Origin: Chloroflexota bacterium
Lineage (GTDB): Bacteria; Chloroflexota; Anaerolineae; UBA2200; JACIWT01
Direction of reading: 5' to 3'
Assembly: GCA_014360825.1 (NCBI GenBank)
Contig: JACIWT010000002.1
Location: 14,782 to 78,781 of the forward strand
DNA: 64,000 bases
This document shows positions 60,060 through 64,000 of this stretch, in pieces. Below the pieces are notes generated by a model that had not been told where the DNA came from, searched no databases, and saw only the letters and a program-made list of their open reading frames with translations. The translations under genes and the position numbers were made by a program. Each line of letters opens with the position of its first letter. Positions within the stretch are counted from its first letter, which is position 1.

Positions 60060-62143
60060 CCTCGGATCGTGGTGAATCCCAGTCGGGTGGTCATCTCAAA
60101 GTACTTCACCGCCACTTCTGGATCGCGCATCCCGGACTCCAACTCTGCCAAATCCATGGCTTCCAAGAGGGTGCGTCTGCCATCACACCAGTATGTTAGT
60201 AGTGTTGGCAGCACTCGGATTGTCTGGCGATGGCTCTCGCCCAACTCGAACCAAGCCTCACGCTCTTCGGTGGAAAGACGACCCAACTCACCCGTGAGGG
60301 AGATGGGGCCGGGATACTTACGCCGCACGATCATCGTGGCGGCTTTCACCTCCCACTCATCTGGCTCTCGTTTCGGTGCAGGCGGTAGCCCGCTGAGTCC
60401 AAGATCAGCGGCACGGCGCTGCATGACCTCGCGGGCGCGTTCGATTTCATGGCGCGTGAAGCACCGAGCCTCGTTTGCCAGGTCAGTGACCAGCCAGTCC
60501 TCATCCGGTGCCAGCCGTGTCAATGTCGCCAAGGCCTCGCATTCGCGATCGAGGAGAAACCCGATCTCCCGGTCCAATTTCTCCAACTGGCTGGCGAGGG
60601 CGAACTCCTCTTTTGCAGCGAGTGCCTCAGCCACAATATCCTGAACACGTCGCGCCACCCGTGCCTTGTACCGTGCGACCATCTCTGTGCCCAGCCAGAT
60701 GGCTTCATTTCGTCCAGCGCAGGCCAGGAAATAAGCATACGTGGCGGCCAGAATCCCCACAATGGCGAGCATCTCTGGAGAGGTCTTGTCGGGCGTGTCC
60801 TCCGAAGTGTGATAGAACTTGTCTGGCCACTGGATGAGCATGGGCATGGGCACACCCACCGTTGGGTCAGAGAAAATGTAGTGGTCGCTGCCGCCCGAGA
60901 AAGGCGTTACGGCATGGCGAAAGAGGGCGTAGCCGCCCGTGCCGGTGTGGCTTTCGGCCTGGGTGAGCAACGACTCACGGATGCGCTCAAGGAGGTCGGG
61001 GGCAAACGACGGCAGTGACATAGGCGGTTGCTCGATAAGGAAACTGCTGCCGCAAAGATCCTGGTTCTGGCCCACCATATCGAGATTGATCCCGGCGATA
61101 AGGCGGTGGAGGTCTTTCTCTTGGGTGGCGAGGTAGGCATAAGTCCCCGTCATCTCCGGCACCCAGAGGAAACGGATGCTCCGAGCGGGGCGCGGGAGTG
61201 TGCCCTGCTCGATCAGTTTGGTCAAGACACGGGCTATCTCCAGTGCCGCGCCACTGCCAGAGGCATTGTCATTGGCCGATGGCTGAGGGTGGCACAAGTG
61301 GGCTACCACTACAATCTCCTCGTCCCCTTCGCCTGGCACCAGGGCAGTCACCACCTCCGTCTGCCCCTCCCAGAAGCGGCTCTCGATATTGGCGCGCACC
61401 TTCACTGGTGGCTCACCTTTGCGCCGGCGTTCTTTGATTAAGGCACGCAAACTCTCGCCTTGGCGAGGGCTGAGAACGAAGCCCAGGCATTCTTTGTCCC
61501 CAGGGCCATACCAGAAAGAGGTGTACTGGCGGGCATCGGGGAGATCCATTCGCTCGCGGACGGGGGGCGTGGATCGCATCCCGTCGAAAAGGATGCCCGC
61601 GGCGCCGCGTTTCTCTATTGCAAACCACCGTACCCGCTCTACATCCCCGCTGGTAAGTACCATTTTGCCGCGCACATCCAGACCTTGGTAATCCTCGTCC
61701 TTCGTGCCATCTTCCAACAGAACGACTTCGGCCTCGAGATTTTTTACCGCGCGGCTGCGCTGTATCAACGAGGTTTTGAGCGAGGCGAAATCGGCTAAGC
61801 GGGTCCTTTTTTCTTCCGGTTCGATGAGATCGAGCGTGGCCTCGGTTGCTTCCCATTCCTGAAACATCCGAGAAGTCCAATAGCGCGCCTTTGCTGAAGC
61901 GGGGAAACTGAGCACTTCTGCATCCACGCCGGCCGCGCTCAATTGGGCCAGGCAATATTCCGCGGCGGCACGGAAGCCGGGGCTAGCCTGGATACGGTGA
62001 TGCTGGCTAATGGCAGCCACATGTTCCTTGGCTCGCAGGCCGGAGAATTCATCGCGGATGACTTTGAGGATGTGTTCAAACATGGGACTCCTTTTCTGGC
62101 GATTCGCGGCAGCAATTATATCATATTCTTGGACCAGATGCAA
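60056..62143 (-). CDS. M28-family peptidase-like protein with C-terminal DUF4910-like domain
   Basis: NDNASGSGAALEIARVL metal-binding region. TTG start. Confidence 0.65.
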   Translation of the reverse strand: MHLVQEYDIIAAANRQKRSPMFEHILKVIRDEFSGLRAKEHVAAISQHHRIQASPGFRAAAEYCLAQLSAAGVDAEVLSFPASAKARYWTSRMFQEWEATEATLDLIEPEEKRTRLADFASLKTSLIQRSRAVKNLEAEVVLLEDGTKDEDYQGLDVRGKMVLTSGDVERVRWFAIEKRGAAGILFDGMRSTPPVRERMDLPDARQYTSFWYGPGDKECLGFVLSPRQGESLRALIKERRRKGEPPVKVRANIESRFWEGQTEVVTALVPGEGDEEIVVVAHLCHPQPSANDNASGSGAALEIARVLTKLIEQGTLPRPARSIRFLWVPEMTGTYAYLATQEKDLHRLIAGINLDMVGQNQDLCGSSFLIEQPPMSLPSFAPDLLERIRESLLTQAESHTGTGGYALFRHAVTPFSGGSDHYIFSDPTVGVPMPMLIQWPDKFYHTSEDTPDKTSPEMLAIVGILAATYAYFLACAGRNEAIWLGTEMVARYKARVARRVQDIVAEALAAKEEFALASQLEKLDREIGFLLDRECEALATLTRLAPDEDWLVTDLANEARCFTRHEIERAREVMQRRAADLGLSGLPPAPKREPDEWEVKAATMIVRRKYPGPISLTGELGRLSTEEREAWFELGESHRQTIRVLPTLLTYWCDGRRTLLEAMDLAELESGMRDPEVAVKYFEMTTRLGFTTIRG

Positions 62144-62225
62144 TGGGAACCAGTGCTCGTGCAGTGGCGTCTTGTCTCAGAAGCAGTATTCGACATCACC
62201 ATCAAAAACCGCTATAATCTGACCG

Positions 62226-63896
62226 ATGAGACGCACCGCTGCTATCTGGTTATTCTTGTTGCTGGCGCTTGCCGTTGGCTGTGCTAGTGGCTCCACACCC
62301 GAACCCACCTTCGCTCCCACTCCTACCCGGGCTTTCGCTCGTCTTCGAATCGCCACAAAGCTGGATGGAGCGCGGGTTATCGTGGACGGCAAACCGCTTG
62401 GGGTCACGCCTCTGACGGTGGAACTCCCGGCTGGGAAACATGCTCTCACCGTGCAGGCAGAGGGTTATGCGCCTCTGGAGCGTACCGTGGTGATGCGCGA
62501 GGGCGAGGAAGTGCGCATCGAAGAGGATATGGTGGATATCGCTGCCCCCGAATTGACTGTGAGCCATATGCCAGAAAAGGTGGTATGGGGCGCGACAATA
62601 GATTTCACAGCCAGTGCGCAGGACAACACCGGGGTTATCAGGATGGCATTGGCGGTGGATGGGAGAACAGTGACGCAGACGGCGGGCGGGCTTTTGACGT
62701 ATCACCTAAACACAGAGGATCTGACACCTGGTACACATCGAATTGAAATTAGCGCCCAGGATGAGGCAGGAAACGCGGGTCGTACCACATTCGATTTGCA
62801 GGTGATGGCACCAGCCACGCCTACTCCTGAGGAAAGGATTGTGACCCAGAGGGTGCGCACCTATACGACCACAATTCAGATACCCACCTACCCCTTCCGC
62901 GACTATCTGCGCGAGTCGCACGACGACACAAACAATGTAACTGTGCTGTGGTTGGATCGGTCGTCCTATGAAGCCTCCGCGCCAAGCCCCGTCCTGCAGT
63001 CTTATCGTGCGGTGGTGTTGGAAAGCGATCTGCTGAGATTAACTTTCTTGCCAGACTTAGGTGGGCGGCTCTACCAATGTGTTCTCAAGCCCACGGGGCA
63101 GAACATCTTCTACCAAAATCCCGTGATCAAGCCTTCTTTCTTTGGCCCTTTGGAACGCGAGAGGAACTGGTGGCTGGCGGCTGGGGGGATGGAATGGGCG
63201 TTGCCCGTGAACGAACACGGCTACGAGTGGGGTGTGCCTTGGTCTTATCAAGTCGTAGAGCGGGCTGACCAGGTCAGCATTATCTTACGAAATAGCGAGG
63301 ATAATGACCGCCTCCAAGCACAGGTTACCGTTACGCTGTCTGCAGGAGAACCTGCTTTTACCCTCCGCTTACGCTTGACCAACCCAACCGATCACCCCAT
63401 CCGCTGCCAATTCTGGGTGAACGCCATGCTCACCTTAGGTTCCCCGCATGTGACCGGCAACACCGAGTTCATTTTGCCCGGGCGTCAGGCCATCGTACAC
63501 AGCACGGGTGACCGCGCTCTGCCAGGCGAGCACGGCATCTTGTCCTGGCCTGAACACGAGGGACGCGACCTCTCGTGGTACCGCAACTGGAACCAGTGGC
63601 TCGGCTTGTTCATTACCGATTTGACCGCTGATACCGTCGCCGCTTACAATCATGATGCCGGTTTGGGTTTCGTGCGCCGCTTCCCACCCGACCTGGTCCC
63701 AGGCGTCAAGTTCTTCGCCTTCGGTCGCGATTTCGTTGATCGCAGTTATACTGATGACGGCTCAGACTACTTCGAACTCTGGGGCGGCCCCTGCCGGACT
63801 TTCTGGCCAGAGGACGATATCACCCTTGGCCCAGGCCAGGTGGTGGAATGGACCGAGGTGTGGACGATCGTGCGCGACCGCGCGCAGATACCGTGA
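62226..63896 (+). CDS. lipoprotein with PEGA domain, Ig-like region and a C-terminal uncharacterised (DUF5107-like) domain
   Basis: Lipobox LALAVGCASG. PEGA-like LRIATKLDGARVIVDGKPLGVTPLTVELPAGKHALTV. TATAAT 7 nt upstream of the ATG, suggesting a leaderless transcript. Confidence 0.6.
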   Translation: MRRTAAIWLFLLLALAVGCASGSTPEPTFAPTPTRAFARLRIATKLDGARVIVDGKPLGVTPLTVELPAGKHALTVQAEGYAPLERTVVMREGEEVRIEEDMVDIAAPELTVSHMPEKVVWGATIDFTASAQDNTGVIRMALAVDGRTVTQTAGGLLTYHLNTEDLTPGTHRIEISAQDEAGNAGRTTFDLQVMAPATPTPEERIVTQRVRTYTTTIQIPTYPFRDYLRESHDDTNNVTVLWLDRSSYEASAPSPVLQSYRAVVLESDLLRLTFLPDLGGRLYQCVLKPTGQNIFYQNPVIKPSFFGPLERERNWWLAAGGMEWALPVNEHGYEWGVPWSYQVVERADQVSIILRNSEDNDRLQAQVTVTLSAGEPAFTLRLRLTNPTDHPIRCQFWVNAMLTLGSPHVTGNTEFILPGRQAIVHSTGDRALPGEHGILSWPEHEGRDLSWYRNWNQWLGLFITDLTADTVAAYNHDAGLGFVRRFPPDLVPGVKFFAFGRDFVDRSYTDDGSDYFELWGGPCRTFWPEDDITLGPGQVVEWTEVWTIVRDRAQIP

Positions 63897-63937
63897 AGAA
63901 CTGTTCGCCATATATTAAACATACAGGAGAATACATG

Positions 63938-64000
63938 CACTGCGAAGTATGCGGCACTCGACTGCCCGAGGGCGCACTGGTTTGCCCCTACTGTGGCTAC
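63938..64000 (+). CDS. 5' end of a zinc-ribbon-containing protein (truncated by window end)
   Basis: MHCEVCGTRLPEGALVCPYCGY: two CxxC pairs. Confidence 0.3.

Overview
High-GC (~60%) bacterial chromosomal segment with dense, mostly intact genes; the lineage cannot be determined from sequence alone.

Describe. Order along the window:
- A 5'-truncated ArfB-like GGQ peptidyl-tRNA hydrolase translationally coupled to an SbcC/Rad50-family ATPase.
- tRNA-Pro(TGG) and tRNA-Gly(TCC) with a strong promoter and a bidirectional terminator.
- lexA divergent from a GntR/FadR regulator.
- pyrB(ATCase)-pyrC(DHOase)-pyrD-like-arcC(carbamate kinase) cluster, in which pyrB carries a partial N-terminal duplicate and pyrC a homopolymer frameshift.
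- A minus-strand tRNA block: Leu(TAA), Cys(GCA), Gly(GCC), Phe(GAA).
- An Rrf2 Fe-S regulator divergent from an unusual operon: an Lrp/AsnC-REC fusion, two single-domain REC paralogs, NuoE-NuoF coupled by ATGA overlap, and a fourth REC; an ACT-domain protein, a membrane histidine kinase and a cNMP-binding protein follow downstream.
- A ~22 kb minus-strand formate/H2 island: an uncharacterised HATPase/PHP/DRTGG/CBS regulatory module, a second NuoE, a 1039-aa NuoE-NuoF-GltD triple fusion, a NuoG-like subunit, group-3 [NiFe] hydrogenase HoxY/HoxH with its maturation protease, a selenocysteine FdhA, focA, fdhD, mobA and hypFCDE.
- A radical SAM (AmmeMemoRadiSam-type) gene, uvrB with a GAAC-N4-GTTC LexA box, an M50 protease, and a LivK-family ABC operon preceded by a leader ORF with two Trp-Trp codon pairs overlapping an intrinsic terminator.
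- alr, two secreted hypotheticals, hom, a GH38 alpha-mannosidase, nadD-obg, a TPR protein, an M28/DUF4910-like peptidase and a PEGA lipoprotein.
- No CRISPR array, IS element or prophage was seen.

Hunt. The most unusual parts:
- the REC-array/NuoEF/AsnC-REC locus;
- the NuoE-NuoF-GltD-fused hydrogenase with its PHP/DRTGG/CBS/HATPase module;
- fdhA, whose TGA-Sec codon (with a SECIS-like hairpin) is accompanied by two in-frame stops at conserved Gln positions;
- the Trp-codon leader upstream of the liv operon.
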